Origin: Eledone cirrhosa
Taxonomy: Eukaryota
NCBI GenBank assembly: GCA_964016885.1
Contig: OZ024740.1
Location: 98,766,001-98,830,000, forward strand
Direction: 5' to 3'
DNA length: 64,000 bases
The notes under the pieces were generated by a model. It was given only the letters and a program-made list of their open reading frames with translations. It did not search any database and was not told the DNA's origin. A program made the translations under genes and the position numbers. How positions within the stretch are numbered: the first letter of the stretch is position 1; each line of letters begins with the position of its first letter. Below are positions 63,795-64,000 of the stretch, one piece after another.

Positions 63795-64000
63795 TTATAA
63801 CGGCCTTGCCTGTTTTCGCGCGTTCACCAAACTCCACAGTTGTGCCTAGCTCCATGCCTTTCCCTCCTTTTTCACTGGCACGCAGCTGGATAATGATAGC
63901 CTGGGCATTGGTGTTACCTTGAGGCTTGGACTCCGGATCTGTGAGCCACACAGATGTCGCTGTGGATCCACCGTGGACTTATTCGGCCTCCACCCACTCT
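63795..64000 (+). mobile_element. CRE-clade non-LTR retrotransposon fragment (continues past window end)
   Basis: Manual translation HSCA*LHAFPSFFTGTQLDNDSLGIGVTLRLGLRICEPHRCRCGSTVDLFGLHPL resembles the SGAWLxALP..LRLG..CxC..GxH zinc-knuckle region that precedes the RLE domain. Confidence 0.7.

Overview
AT-rich, microsatellite-dense eukaryotic DNA with no host gene that can be supported. The repeat content (tRNA-derived OK/OR-type SINEs, RTE LINEs with (GAT)n tails, a DD37D mariner) points to an octopod cephalopod; this is an inference. Nearly all real ORFs are decayed transposon genes: hAT, RTE (several), Tc1/mariner DD37D, Gypsy pol plus LTR, CRE, and Penelope-like elements (PLEs) of at least two clades. 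The main signal is a cluster of (TA)n-associated, hammerhead-ribozyme (HHR)-bearing retroelements, mainly at 32.7-61.1 kb. Most insertions have a fold-back 5' end, with arms from 16 bp to about 3.5 kb, HHRs pointing outward, and the turn-around often inside or next to the ribozyme. The cluster includes a 9.2-kb palindromic Hydra-type PLE with a U3-A8 variant HHR, a 1.4-kb non-coding HHR palindrome, several half-hammerhead mini-hairpins, and a head-to-head junction of two PLE clades. It also includes a ~430-bp non-coding tandem unit pairing an ATGCAAAT octamer with a minimal HHR (retrozyme / newt satellite-2-like), which has a diverged relative at 19.8 kb. All alignments and folds were done by eye.
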